Of a DNA stretch of 61,206 nt, positions 1-9,993 are shown one piece after another. Location of the stretch: contig DATKUX010000074.1 of the NCBI GenBank assembly GCA_035530395.1, forward strand, positions 1 through 61,206, given 5' to 3'. Position 1 is the stretch's first letter, and every line of letters begins with the position of its first letter. The notes under the pieces were generated by a model that saw only the letters and a program-made list of their open reading frames with translations, was not told the origin of the DNA and did not search any database. A program made the position numbers and the translations under genes. The DNA is from Spirochaetia bacterium. GTDB lineage: Bacteria > Bacillota > Desulfotomaculia > Desulfotomaculales > JAJYZD01.

Positions 1-475
1 TATCCGGGTGGTCCCGCACCTTCTCCAGGACCGCCAGGAAGTTGGGACACCAGTTGGTTCCGGCCGGAGCCTGGACGGCGAGGCGGCCGCCCGGCTTCAG
101 TGCGGCCAGACAACAGGCCAGGGCCCGGCATGGCTCGCTTAGCCACTGGAAGGCGGAATTGCAGAAGATGGCGTCGAAGGGCTGGTCAACCTGAAAGCGG
201 GTAGCGTCGGCCACGGCGAAACGGAGGTTGGGTCGCTGCCCGTACTTTTGGCCGGCTTGCGCGATCATGCCGGGAGAGGCGTCGAGACCCAGCACCCGGC
301 CGGCGGTGCGGTCGGCGATCGAGGCAGTGAGGTGGCCGGGACCGCAGCCCAGATCCAGAACGTCCTCGTGCGGCTGGATGGACAAGAGATCGAACAGAGC
401 GTCAGCAGCCGACCTCTGAACCAGTGCCTGCTCCTCGTAAGTGGCTGCCCGGGTGTCGAAGCCGATTGTGGCCAT
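1..475 (-). CDS. class I SAM-dependent methyltransferase (C-terminal end cut by window edge)
   Basis: Absent from ORF track because there is no stop in the window. Reverse-strand ATG at 475-473 with GGAGGTG (rc of 483-489) upstream. Translation MATIGFDTRAATYEEQ...DVLDLGCGPGHLT carries SAM-binding motif I. Confidence 0.7.
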   Translation of the reverse strand, partial: MATIGFDTRAATYEEQALVQRSAADALFDLLSIQPHEDVLDLGCGPGHLTASIADRTAGRVLGLDASPGMIAQAGQKYGQRPNLRFAVADATRFQVDQPFDAIFCNSAFQWLSEPCRALACCLAALKPGGRLAVQAPAGTNWCPNFLAVLEKVRDHPD

Positions 476-550
476 GAGAAAGCACCTCCGATATATTAAT
501 AATCAATATAGTTTCTCCATGGTAAACAAGCAAGGCAAAAGAAAACAGGC

Positions 551-1162
551 TCAGGGGCATAGGACCGACAGATACTTCACGCGTTTGCCGCACAAGGGCA
601 AAGGTCCGTGTTCGTGCTCGGCATTGAAGTAGAGGGAATCCCCCTGGAACAGGTGGTACTCCTCCGCCGCGTAGCGGTAGTCCATTTTCCCCTCCAGAAC
701 CAGGATGAGTTCCTGGCCGGGGTGGCTGTAAAAGCGGGCCTGGTAACTGTCCGTACCGTCAATGGTCACCACGAGGGGTTCCATCTTGGGCCGGGCAAAG
801 CCACTTACCAGGGCCTCCGTTACCGGGGCTTCCCCTGCGCCTTCCGGGTTGTACCGGACACCCCGTCCGGCGCGAACTAGCTGAATGGCGCGCTCGTCGC
901 CGGGGGAAAAGAAGTCGGCCAGGGAAACCTCCAGGGCCCGGGCTATCCGGACCAGAGTAGCGATGGGCGGGGAGACCCGGTTGTTCTCGATCTTGGACAG
1001 GAGTCCCTTGGTCAGGCCCGTGCGACCAGCGACGTCCTCCAGAGTGAGTTCCCTTTCCAGCCGGATCTTGTGAATCCTCCGGGCGATTATTTTTTCTTCG
1101 CCGGGCCGCTCATTGAGTATATCCATGATCAACAATATATCATAAGGATCAACATCATGCAA
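551..1162 (-). CDS. XRE-family HTH transcriptional regulator with C-terminal cupin domain
   Basis: HTH_3-like LTLEDVAGRTGLTKGLLSKIENNRVSPPIATLVRIARAL followed by a cupin-like HPGQELILVLEGKMDY...FNAEHEHG. The true start may be the internal Met at 1126. Confidence 0.75.
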   Translation of the reverse strand: MHDVDPYDILLIMDILNERPGEEKIIARRIHKIRLERELTLEDVAGRTGLTKGLLSKIENNRVSPPIATLVRIARALEVSLADFFSPGDERAIQLVRAGRGVRYNPEGAGEAPVTEALVSGFARPKMEPLVVTIDGTDSYQARFYSHPGQELILVLEGKMDYRYAAEEYHLFQGDSLYFNAEHEHGPLPLCGKRVKYLSVLCP

Positions 1163-1429
1163 TAGGTTGGAAAGATAGTTTTGGCCGGACGTGTCAGGTC
1201 ATTTGGACAGGATCAGGGGGGTGGGGACTTCGGGGTGATCCGGTTCCACCCCGGGGGAAATAATATCGTTGGGAAGGCAGGTCTGGCCCTTGACAGGAAT
1301 TTTGTCTCACCCTATACTGTTCAGGTACGAACGTTCGCTGCAGAACGGTATCCTTAGGGGAGCAGGGCCTCTTCGCCCACGAATTTGGGCACAAAAAAGA
1401 GCCCGGCCGGGGCCGGGCAGTGAGGGGGC

Positions 1430-2281
1430 TTAGCTGGTGCCCGCCGGGGCTGCGCCTGACCCGGCGGCCAGTTGGTCCAGGCTGCCGAAGGAGTAGCCGG
1501 CGTCCTTGATGTCCTGCAGGATCTGGTCCAGGGCAGCGGCGTTGTCCTCCGAAACTGCGTGGAGCAGGATGAGGGCGCCGTTGTGTAGGCGGTTCTTGAC
1601 CGTGGTACGGCTTTCGTTCGGTCCGCCGGGCAGGGGTAGCCAGTCGGCCATGGCCAGGCTCCAGAACACCGTACGGTAACCCAGCCGGCGGGCGGTGGCC
1701 AGACTGTTCTCATCGTATTCGCCGCGGGGCGGTCGCAGGTAGTGCATAGACTGCCCGGTGAGGGCGGTGAAAGCATCGTTGACTCCGTTCAGTTCCGCCT
1801 CGATTTGTCCCGTGCCCAGACCGCGCAGGCTGGGGTGGGTCATGGTGTGGTTTCCCACGGTGTGGCCCTCCGCGACCATGCGTTTGACCAGATCGGGGTG
1901 TTTTTTCAGGTAGTGGCCGGTGATGAAAAAGGCGGCCGGTACGTCGTGCTTTTGCAGGATGTCCAATATGCCGGGTGTGTAGCCCTTTTCGTACCCCTCG
2001 TCAAAGGTCAGGTAAACCTTCTTATCCATGGACGAACCGACATAGAGGGCCTGGTAGCGGTCCAGAAGAGTCCGCACCCCCTGCGGTATCTCGGGCTGAG
2101 TGTGGTCCTGGGTGGGCAGGACTCCCCAGGCACCAACGATGCCGATAATCTTCTCGTCACTGAAATTCCGGGCCGTCTGCAGGCGCGCAGCCAGCGCCGA
2201 CGCGTGCGGACCAGGGGTGTTGAGAACCAGGAAGGCGGCTGCCAGGCAAGCCGCCAGTAACGGACCGGCTGGTTTTTTCAT
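1430..2281 (-). CDS. pdaA: polysaccharide deacetylase, likely delta-lactam-biosynthetic de-N-acetylase (PdaA-like), secreted
   Basis: N-terminal signal peptide. NodB motifs VYLTFDEGYEKGYT, FFITGHYLKKHPDLVKRMVAEGHTVGNHTMTHP and LRPPRGEY resemble B. subtilis PdaA. Confidence 0.7.
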   Translation of the reverse strand: MKKPAGPLLAACLAAAFLVLNTPGPHASALAARLQTARNFSDEKIIGIVGAWGVLPTQDHTQPEIPQGVRTLLDRYQALYVGSSMDKKVYLTFDEGYEKGYTPGILDILQKHDVPAAFFITGHYLKKHPDLVKRMVAEGHTVGNHTMTHPSLRGLGTGQIEAELNGVNDAFTALTGQSMHYLRPPRGEYDENSLATARRLGYRTVFWSLAMADWLPLPGGPNESRTTVKNRLHNGALILLHAVSEDNAAALDQILQDIKDAGYSFGSLDQLAAGSGAAPAGTS

Positions 2282-3070
2282 TTTCTTTTCCCTCCGAGGG
2301 TAGGATTCTACGCCGGTGGGTAAAAAATACGCTGCCGGCTGGCGGGCCAGTCAGTGGCCAGGTACCGGCATCTGCCATGTTTCCGGAAGACTTGGCGGGC
2401 CAGCGGGAAAGAGAGATAGGGAGGTGGATGTTCCGAAAATCCGGCCCCATGGACCCGGGACCGGTCTTGACAGCAGGTGCCGGCCTGTCATATGGTTAAC
2501 TCCGGAAACTATTTGATGCTAAAAGTATTTGACTGTCAAAGAACCCTTGGTGTTACATTTCTTCATTTAGCGGTGTCATAGTATATAGGGATTTTGCCGT
2601 TGCCGGTGTGGAGAGACGGGAGGGGAGTTTCCAGGGCCGGCTTCCGGTTGAAACTTTTCGGATAAAAGAGTGTAACTGGCATAGAGGGAACGAGGGGCTG
2701 CAGGCAGTGTCGGCACAGGCGACCTTCGGAGCCTGTAAGGATAGGAAGGCCGGGTAAGACGAAGGGCCTCTGGTTGAAATTAACTCATTGTTTACATTTT
2801 CCGGTGTGTGCACCCTTGGAAAAAGAGGCAGGGGGGGATATAATATTCTCGGCTTGGCCTGATCCGGCCACGGAGCAGCAATACCGGCAGGCGGGTTGAC
2901 GAGTTGACTAGTTGATTGCTTCCTGGCTTCCGATCCGGGAACCAGGCGGACAAAATCGGTTCCGAAAGGGGCGAAGAGCCTGGCGGGGGAGAGCGGATTT
3001 GCCGCCGCCGGGTACCCACCGGCAGTGGTGTTTACAGGCGCGGCAAGTCTCAAGGAGCCAGGCAAAAGTA

Positions 3071-4225
3071 TTGAAGAAGAAAGTCATCCTGTGGATCGTC
3101 GGCATTCTCATTGTAGTCCTGATTGCCGGCGGGGTCGTTTCAAAAATGAAGCACAAAACAGCTCCGGTTACAGCCCAGGGTAGCGCGGCCATGCCCGTGC
3201 AGGTCGTGACTGTCGGCCAAGGCGACCTGAGCAGCGTCAATTCCCTTACCGGCACCGTAAGTGCCAATCAGACCGCCACGGTAGGCACCAAGGTAAGCGG
3301 TCGGGTCCAGACGGTGTCCGCGGACGTGGGACAGGCCGTCAGCGCGGGCGAGGGGCTGGCGCAGCTCGACCCGACGGATCTGCAGGACCAACTGGCCCAG
3401 GTTAAGGCGCAGGAAGCCGGTGCCCAGGCCGCATTGGAGAAGGCCCAGGCCGACTACCAGCGCAACCAGCAACTGTACATAAGCGGCGCGGTGGCTAAGG
3501 CAACCCTGGACGGGTTCAAACTGACGGTGGCCCAAAGCCAGTCCCAACTGGACGTTGATCAGGCCCAGCTGGCCATCCTGCAGCAACAGTTGCAGGAAAT
3601 GTCGATCACCTCTCCCGTAGACGGCGTGATAGCCACCAAAAGCGTGGAGGTCGGCGAGCAGGTTTCCAGCCAGACCGTGTTGTTCACCGTGGTGCAAATC
3701 GACCCGGTGCAGGTGACGGTAGACGTACCGGACCAGTTGATCGCCGAGGTACATCCCGGCACCACGGCCCAGATTACGGTACCGGAACTGGGAACCCAGG
3801 TCTTCCAGGGCACGGTGGCTAATACCAGTCCGGTTCTCGACGCGGTCAGTCACGGTTACCCGGTCCAAATCCAGGTAAAGAACCCGCAGAGCACCATGCT
3901 GCCGGGCATGACGGCCACCGTGGTCTTTACCGGCCTGCATAACCAGCCGGGCATTGTCATACCGGTGGCGGCCGTCCTGGAGACGCCCCAGGGCAGCGAG
4001 GTCTTCACCGTGAGCGGCGGTACCGCCCACCTGCACATGATTCAACTGGGTGCGGTGTCCAGTGACCAGGCGGTGGTGGAAAGCGGTCTTTCAGCCGGTG
4101 ACCAGGTGGTGGTCAACGGCGAGAGCCTGCTGTCCGACGGCAGCCAGGTTACGGTGGTACAAAACGCCGCCCAGGCCGGCGTGCAGGGCCTGACAAACCA
4201 GATCAAGCAGGGGGCGGGTCAATGA
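3071..4225 (+). CDS. efflux RND transporter periplasmic adaptor (HlyD/MFP family)
   Basis: TTG at 3071 after AAGGAG (3051-3056). N-terminal TM segment, coiled-coil Q/A-rich hairpin, beta-barrel region. Stop overlaps the start of the RND pump (ATGA at 4222). Confidence 0.8.
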   Translation: MKKKVILWIVGILIVVLIAGGVVSKMKHKTAPVTAQGSAAMPVQVVTVGQGDLSSVNSLTGTVSANQTATVGTKVSGRVQTVSADVGQAVSAGEGLAQLDPTDLQDQLAQVKAQEAGAQAALEKAQADYQRNQQLYISGAVAKATLDGFKLTVAQSQSQLDVDQAQLAILQQQLQEMSITSPVDGVIATKSVEVGEQVSSQTVLFTVVQIDPVQVTVDVPDQLIAEVHPGTTAQITVPELGTQVFQGTVANTSPVLDAVSHGYPVQIQVKNPQSTMLPGMTATVVFTGLHNQPGIVIPVAAVLETPQGSEVFTVSGGTAHLHMIQLGAVSSDQAVVESGLSAGDQVVVNGESLLSDGSQVTVVQNAAQAGVQGLTNQIKQGAGQ

Positions 4226-7200
4226 AGATAGCCGACGTAGCGGTCGACCGCCCCGTTCTGATCTCCATGATCATGGTGGCTCTCATCCTTCTTGGTATCG
4301 TGGCGCTGCCGCTGTTACCGGTGGATCTGTATCCGAATTTCACAATCCCGATAGCCCTTGTTCAGGTGTCCTGGTCCGGGGCTACCTCGCCGGTGGTCGA
4401 ACAACAGATCACCAAGCCGGTGGAAGCGGTCATGAGCACCGTGGCCAACGTCACCGAAGTTGATTCCTCGTCGACCGCCGGCCAGTCGACCGTCATCCTG
4501 CGCTTCGCCTACGGTACCAATTTGGACCAGGCTGTAGCCGACATGCGGGACAAGGTGAGCCAGGTGACGGCTGCCTTGCCTTCCAGCGCAGGTGTACCGC
4601 AAATCATGCGCATCGACATCAACGCCCAACCCATTATGACCTTCGCCCTGTCGGCCCAAAACGGCGATGTGGAGCAGTTGAAGCAACTGGCGGACGACGT
4701 AGTCCAGCCGCGGCTGCAGCAGGTGCCGGGCGTTTCCGCCGTCGACATCAGCGGCGGCAAGACCCGGCAGATCCAGGTCGTGGCCGATCCGGCCCGCCTG
4801 GCCAGTTACGGTCTCTCTACAACTTCCCTCATCCAGGCCCTGCAGGGCGACAACCTGCAGGGGGACGCCGGGCTGGTGAACAAGGGCAGCCAGGAGATCG
4901 ACGTGCACGTCAACGGCCAGTTCGCCACTCCCGGTGACGTCTTGAACGTGCCGGTGCATCTGCCCACCGGGGGCACCATCAAGATCGCCGATGTGGCCAC
5001 GGTCCAGGACAGCTACGCCGACGTGACCCAACTCACCTACATGAACGGCGTCCCCGCCGTCAGCCTGGACTTGTACAAGGTATCCGGCGGCAACACCGTC
5101 CAGGTCTCCACCGCCGTGCAGAAGGACCTTTCAGCGGTGAACCGGGTCCTGCCTCCCGGGGTCAAGCTGACCCTGATCACCGACCAGGCCCAGTACATCA
5201 GGGATACCATCAGCACACTGGTCCAACATGCCCTGTGGGGAGCCCTGCTGGCGGTGCTGATCCTCTGGCTGTTCCTGCGGTCGGTGCGCACCACCGCAGT
5301 GGTCGCCATCGGCATCCCGATCGCCGTTGTATCCACCTTCGCCCTCCTGTACTTCACCGGGCAGACCATCAACGTTATCACCCTGACGGGTCTGTTCCTG
5401 GGCATGGGCTCGCTTTTGGACTTCGCCATCGTGGTGATCGAGAGCATCTTCCGCCACCGGGAAAACGGTATGGGGGCGATAGAGGCGGCCAAGACCGGCA
5501 CGGCGGAGGTGGGCACCGCCGTTTTCGCCTCCGCCATGGCCCAGATAAGCGTGTTCGCCCCGGTGGTCTTCGTGGCGGGGCTGGCTTCCGAACTATTCCT
5601 GCCCATGGCGATGGCCGTGGCCTTTTCCCACATCGCCGCCCTGGTGGGCGCCCTGACCCTGGTGCCCATGCTGGCGGCCAAAATGATGCGGGGCCGCTCC
5701 TTTAACGTGGTGGTGGAAGAAGGCCCCTCCCGAAACCCCGCCGTGCACTTTTCCCGCGGGGTGGAAAAGTTGAGGGAATACTACCGGGCTCTTTTGTACT
5801 GGGCCCTATCCCATCGCAAGATCGTTCTGGGGACGACTCTCGCTCTCTTCGTGGCCAGCCTGTTCGCCCTACCGGTCATCGGCGCCGAACTGATCCCCAA
5901 CACGGACCAGGGGCAGTACACGGTGAGCATCAGCCTGGACCAGGGTACCAAACTTTCTGTGACCCAGGCCGTGACTGACCAGGTGGTCAAGGACATCCAG
6001 GCCATACCGGAGACCCAATCCGTGTTCACCACGGAGGGCAGTGGTGGCGGCAGCTTCATCTCCCGCAGCGCCACAAACCAGGCTAATATCGAGGTCATCC
6101 TGAAGCCTCTGGCTCAGCGCAAACGCAGTGTCTTCCAGGTCATGGAACAGCTGCGCGGCGAAGTGAAAGACATCCCCGGGGCCCGGATCACGGCCCAGGC
6201 CCAACAACAGGGCATGGGCTTCAGCGGTCCGCCCATCCAGGTGGTGATTCAGGGCAACGACTTAAACGTCCTAAACCAGCTGGGTGACCTGGTGGCGGCC
6301 CAGATAACGCAGGTGCCGGGAACCCGGGACGTCCAGAACACCATGGATCAGACCAATCCCGAGTACGACGTGAACATTGACCGGGAGCGGGTTTCCCAGT
6401 ACGGCCTGTCGGTGCAGCAGGTCCTGAGCACCCTGCAGGCCGACTACGGCGGTACCAAGGCCACCAGCTACGTGGCCGGCTCCTCCTCGGTCGATGTGGT
6501 GGTCAAAATGCCGGAGAGTTATACCCGCAACTACGGGAGTCTGAATGACGTGACGATAACCAGTTCCACCGGCGCCCAGGTGCCCCTGTCGGCGGTGGCC
6601 ACCGTTACGCCCGGCTCCAGCCCGGCGACCATCCGGCGGCAAAACCAGTTGCGCCAGGATACCATTGAGGCCGATATCTTCGGGCGCACGCAGGGCCAGG
6701 TGCAGCAGGACATCCAGGCCCGCATGGCCCGCCTAACCCTGCCGGCCGGCTATACCTGGCAGTTCGGCGGGAATTCCAACGATATGGCCTCGTCTTTCGC
6801 AGCCCTTGGGTTGGCCATGCCTCTGGCGATCATTCTGATGTACATGGTGATGGCGGCCCAGTTCGAGTCGCTCTTTTCGCCCTTCATCATCATGTTCTCC
6901 CTGCCGTCGACGTTCGTGGGGGTGATGCTGGGCCTCTTAGTGATGCATGAGTCCTTTAGCATCAACTCCATGATGGGCATGATCATGCTCATCGGCATCG
7001 TGGTGAACAACGCCATCGTTCTGGTCGACTACACCGATCAGCAGCGCCGCCGGGGCCTCTCCGCCCGGGAGGCTCTCCTGGTGGCGGGTCCGATACGGCT
7101 GCGACCAATCCTCATGACTACGTGCGTCACCGTGCTGACCATGCTGCCCCTGATGCTGGGAGGCGGCGAAGGTTCCGAGTCCTGGCAGTCGATGGCCACG

Positions 7201-7344
7201 GTGGTGGTCTTCGGTCTAAGCGTTTCCACCCTGGTCACCCTGGTACTGATACCCGTGATGTACACGGTTATGGACGACCTGGGTGCCCGGTGGCGCAAGC
7301 GCTGGCGGAGGCCCGCCGAGGCCGGGGCAGGCCTGCCGGGCTGA
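4222..7344 (+). CDS. efflux RND transporter permease (AcrB/HAE1-like), 1040 aa
   Basis: 12-TM RND architecture with two large periplasmic loops and the typical N-terminus DRPVLISMIMVALILLG. Translationally coupled to the adaptor gene. Confidence 0.9.
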   Translation: MKIADVAVDRPVLISMIMVALILLGIVALPLLPVDLYPNFTIPIALVQVSWSGATSPVVEQQITKPVEAVMSTVANVTEVDSSSTAGQSTVILRFAYGTNLDQAVADMRDKVSQVTAALPSSAGVPQIMRIDINAQPIMTFALSAQNGDVEQLKQLADDVVQPRLQQVPGVSAVDISGGKTRQIQVVADPARLASYGLSTTSLIQALQGDNLQGDAGLVNKGSQEIDVHVNGQFATPGDVLNVPVHLPTGGTIKIADVATVQDSYADVTQLTYMNGVPAVSLDLYKVSGGNTVQVSTAVQKDLSAVNRVLPPGVKLTLITDQAQYIRDTISTLVQHALWGALLAVLILWLFLRSVRTTAVVAIGIPIAVVSTFALLYFTGQTINVITLTGLFLGMGSLLDFAIVVIESIFRHRENGMGAIEAAKTGTAEVGTAVFASAMAQISVFAPVVFVAGLASELFLPMAMAVAFSHIAALVGALTLVPMLAAKMMRGRSFNVVVEEGPSRNPAVHFSRGVEKLREYYRALLYWALSHRKIVLGTTLALFVASLFALPVIGAELIPNTDQGQYTVSISLDQGTKLSVTQAVTDQVVKDIQAIPETQSVFTTEGSGGGSFISRSATNQANIEVILKPLAQRKRSVFQVMEQLRGEVKDIPGARITAQAQQQGMGFSGPPIQVVIQGNDLNVLNQLGDLVAAQITQVPGTRDVQNTMDQTNPEYDVNIDRERVSQYGLSVQQVLSTLQADYGGTKATSYVAGSSSVDVVVKMPESYTRNYGSLNDVTITSSTGAQVPLSAVATVTPGSSPATIRRQNQLRQDTIEADIFGRTQGQVQQDIQARMARLTLPAGYTWQFGGNSNDMASSFAALGLAMPLAIILMYMVMAAQFESLFSPFIIMFSLPSTFVGVMLGLLVMHESFSINSMMGMIMLIGIVVNNAIVLVDYTDQQRRRGLSAREALLVAGPIRLRPILMTTCVTVLTMLPLMLGGGEGSESWQSMATVVVFGLSVSTLVTLVLIPVMYTVMDDLGARWRKRWRRPAEAGAGLPG

Positions 7345-7384
7345 GTGAGATAGATCTAAAACAGCAGGCGGTGGTATCAGACCT

Positions 7385-8200
7385 ATGATTCTTGTTCTGG
7401 CCGGCACCAGCGAAGGCCGGGTGCTGGCCCGGACCCTGGCCGGGCAGGGGCGGCCGGTGACGGCCTGTACCGCCACCGGCTACGGCGGGGAACTTTTGAG
7501 CGGTTCCGGCTGCAACGTCCGGACCGGGCCTTTGGACGAGGATTCGTTGCGAGACCTGATCCGGACGCAGGGGGTAACGGTCCTGCTGGACGCTACCCAT
7601 CCCTATGCCCGGGAAATTTCCGCCCTGGCGGGAAAAGTGGCCGGCGAGTGCGGCATTCCATTCCTGCGCTACAGCAGGCCTGCTTTTGCGCTGCCGGATC
7701 ATCCCCTGGTGCACCAGGTGCCCGACTTTATGGCGGCGGCCCGCCTGGCGCCCCGATTGGGGCGCGTCATTTTCCTGGCTACCGGCTCCAAGACCCTGGA
7801 CCTGTTTGTTCCGGCGGCCCGGGAGACCGGCTGCCGGGTGGTGGCCAGGGTTTTGCCCGGTGACCGGATCATGGAACGATGCCTGTGGCTGGGGCTGACG
7901 CCGGGCGACATTGTCGCCATGCAGGGGCCTTTCAGCAAGGAAATGAATATCGCCCTGCTACGCCATTTCCGGGCCGAAGTCATGGTGACCAAGGAAGACG
8001 GCGCGCCGGGTGGCCTGGGTGAAAAACTGGCCGCCTGCCTGGACCTGAGATGTCCGCTGGTGGTGGTGCGACGGCCGGGTGACGACCCGGCCGGGGAGAC
8101 AGACCTGGAAGCTGTATGTGCCATGGTGTTGGATGCCGAAAAGACTTCTGACGAAGGGGAAGACGGGAAACAATGCATGAACTTGGTCCCAGGGAGATAG
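7385..8200 (+). CDS. cobK: precorrin-6A / cobalt-precorrin-6A reductase
   Basis: MILVLAGTSEGRVLA N-terminus and DATHPYA motif typical of CobK/CbiJ. Overlaps the next corrin gene. Confidence 0.8.
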   Translation: MILVLAGTSEGRVLARTLAGQGRPVTACTATGYGGELLSGSGCNVRTGPLDEDSLRDLIRTQGVTVLLDATHPYAREISALAGKVAGECGIPFLRYSRPAFALPDHPLVHQVPDFMAAARLAPRLGRVIFLATGSKTLDLFVPAARETGCRVVARVLPGDRIMERCLWLGLTPGDIVAMQGPFSKEMNIALLRHFRAEVMVTKEDGAPGGLGEKLAACLDLRCPLVVVRRPGDDPAGETDLEAVCAMVLDAEKTSDEGEDGKQCMNLVPGR

Positions 8201-8802
8201 AGGAACGGAGCATGGCCATCATTGAGGAGCAGGTGCCGGAACTGGCCCTGCTGCCTTTTGCCGAGCGGGAAGTTATCAAAAGGGCTATTCATACCACGGG
8301 GGATCTGGCTTTCGGAGAGCTAGTCCGTTTTCATCCGGATGCCGTGACCGCGGCACTCGCGGCCATCCGGGCGGGCCGGCCGGTTATCTGTGATGTCAAC
8401 ATGGTGCGCACCGGCATCAACGCCCGGCGCCTGGCGCACTTCGGCATGGAGGCCGTCTGTTATGTCAGCGATCCGGACGTGGCCCGGGAGGCAAGCACCC
8501 TCGGCACAACCAGGGCGGCCCTGGGGCTGCGGCGGGCCTGTGCCGCTCTGCCCTCGGGCCTGGTGGCGGTCGGGAACGCTCCGACCGCGCTTTTTGCCTT
8601 GTGCGAGATGATTGACCGGGGGAGCTTCCGGCCGGACGTTGTGGTGGCTACTGCGGTGGGCTTCGTGGGAGCAGCCGAATCCAAGGACCTGCTTATGCAA
8701 AAAGGGGTGCCGTACGTCGCGGTCAGCGGAACGCGCGGCGGCAGCGCCGTGGCCGCGGCCATTTTAAACGCCCTGCTCAAGCTGGCGGCCCGGGAAGACT
8801 AA
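8173..8802 (+). CDS. cbiC: precorrin-8X / cobalt-precorrin-8 methylmutase
   Basis: Motifs VIKRAIHTTGDLAF, VICDVNMV, VGNAPTALF and GFVGAAESK are characteristic of CbiC/CobH. Confidence 0.85.
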   Translation: MHELGPREIEERSMAIIEEQVPELALLPFAEREVIKRAIHTTGDLAFGELVRFHPDAVTAALAAIRAGRPVICDVNMVRTGINARRLAHFGMEAVCYVSDPDVAREASTLGTTRAALGLRRACAALPSGLVAVGNAPTALFALCEMIDRGSFRPDVVVATAVGFVGAAESKDLLMQKGVPYVAVSGTRGGSAVAAAILNALLKLAARED

Positions 8803-9800
8803 TCCCTCAGGTACGCGCTTGCGGGGGGGCTAACATAGCCCGGGGTGGAGTCCAGCTTTTGCTTGACCTGCTGGACATACTGCTCAACTGTAGGTTGTCC
8901 CGGATCCGCCCCCGGCAGATACGGTTCGATTTTAGGCCATTGGGTGTCGTTCCACACCACTGGCTTCAGGTTGGCCCTGGCCAGGGCAGCCTGCACGGCG
9001 TGCTCGCCGGCGTAGTAGCTGGCCAGCACCAGGTCGACATGACCATTAAAGTCGTGTTCCAAAACGGAGATATATTCGGCTCCAGCCAGAATATTTTCCG
9101 CCGGATCGAGGATACGCTGCCTGGGTAGCCCGAAGCGGGAGGCCGTGTCCGGAATCAGTTGCATGAGGCCGTAAGCGACCGGGTTACCCAGGGGGTCATA
9201 GGAGATGGCGCCGGCCTGCCCGCCGGACTCCTGCGTCATCACCGCGGCCAGAAGGGCAGGGCTTACGCCCGTCTTTTGCGAGGCCTCCTGGATGGGATCG
9301 CTCCAGTAGTGGTAAATTTGGCTCTCCGGCGCGGTGAATACCCGCACCGTGGTGGTCTGATAGGTCAGGGACAGGACGCACAGGCTGGCCAGGGCCAGGT
9401 ACCACCATTTCAGGCGGCGCCCGAAATGGTGGAGGAGAAGGAAACCGGTTACCGGTATCACCAGGCTCAACAGAAAGGATGCCGCGTCCAGGGGAACGGC
9501 AAACGGCAGTTTCAGCCCCCGTCCGCTGGCCAGGGCTCCGGTTATGGCCTGGTAGGCTGGTGTCAGCACGGGGTTCGCCGTCCGCCAGTCCATGGCCCAA
9601 TAGCCGAATCCCGGCGGGCGCAGGAACAGGAAGGATTTGCCCGCGTAGGGCGGTCCGAGATCCGTGATGTACAGGAAGGTAAGTTTAAACAGCAGCACGA
9701 AGATGATCAATGACCAGCCCAGGATGGCCCTGACCCGTACTGTCCTTATTCCCCGGCCCCGCTCCAGGTAAAGTATCACCCAAGCCACCCCGCCACCCAA
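8799..9800 (-). CDS. membrane-anchored lytic transglycosylase (SLT domain)
   Basis: TTG start at 9800 after GAGAGGAG. Several N-terminal TM helices, then SLT catalytic region LLAAVMTQESGGQ...AYGLMQLIPDTA. Confidence 0.75.
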   Translation of the reverse strand: MGGGVAWVILYLERGRGIRTVRVRAILGWSLIIFVLLFKLTFLYITDLGPPYAGKSFLFLRPPGFGYWAMDWRTANPVLTPAYQAITGALASGRGLKLPFAVPLDAASFLLSLVIPVTGFLLLHHFGRRLKWWYLALASLCVLSLTYQTTTVRVFTAPESQIYHYWSDPIQEASQKTGVSPALLAAVMTQESGGQAGAISYDPLGNPVAYGLMQLIPDTASRFGLPRQRILDPAENILAGAEYISVLEHDFNGHVDLVLASYYAGEHAVQAALARANLKPVVWNDTQWPKIEPYLPGADPGQPTVEQYVQQVKQKLDSTPGYVSPPASAYLRD

Positions 9801-9993
9801 TCGACTCCTCTCTTAATTCTTATGCCCTGGCCACACAGGGCAGGACGTGAGCCCGTATCTGCCGCCGGAGGTAATTTCTGCCCTCCGCTCCCTTATCGCC
9901 GTATAACATTGCCGCCCGCGGGAAAACCAATATCCAGGCAATAATCCCGACGGGCCTGTCATAGGCACTCGGCGCCAAAAAGGAGTTAGTGGC

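Noticed and set aside
2577-2585. CATAGTATA SigK-like -10 in the pdaA/RND spacer
   Set aside because: The nearest AC lies 20 nt upstream, which is the wrong spacing, and no gene follows within ~480 nt. This is most likely a chance match.
2912-3070. N-terminal extensions of track ORFs (2912, 13486, 15480, 31051, 34485, 36370, 48398, 49782)
   Set aside because: The extensions lack homology-like sequence and an RBS. Internal starts with Shine-Dalgarno sites give canonical N-termini (MFP, MalQ, GH57, MntA, GT2s, Adk, MTAP-like).
7345-7384. Looked for a cobalamin riboswitch upstream of cobK/cbiC
   Set aside because: Only 40 nt separate the RND pump stop from the cobK start, and no B12-box-like sequence is present.
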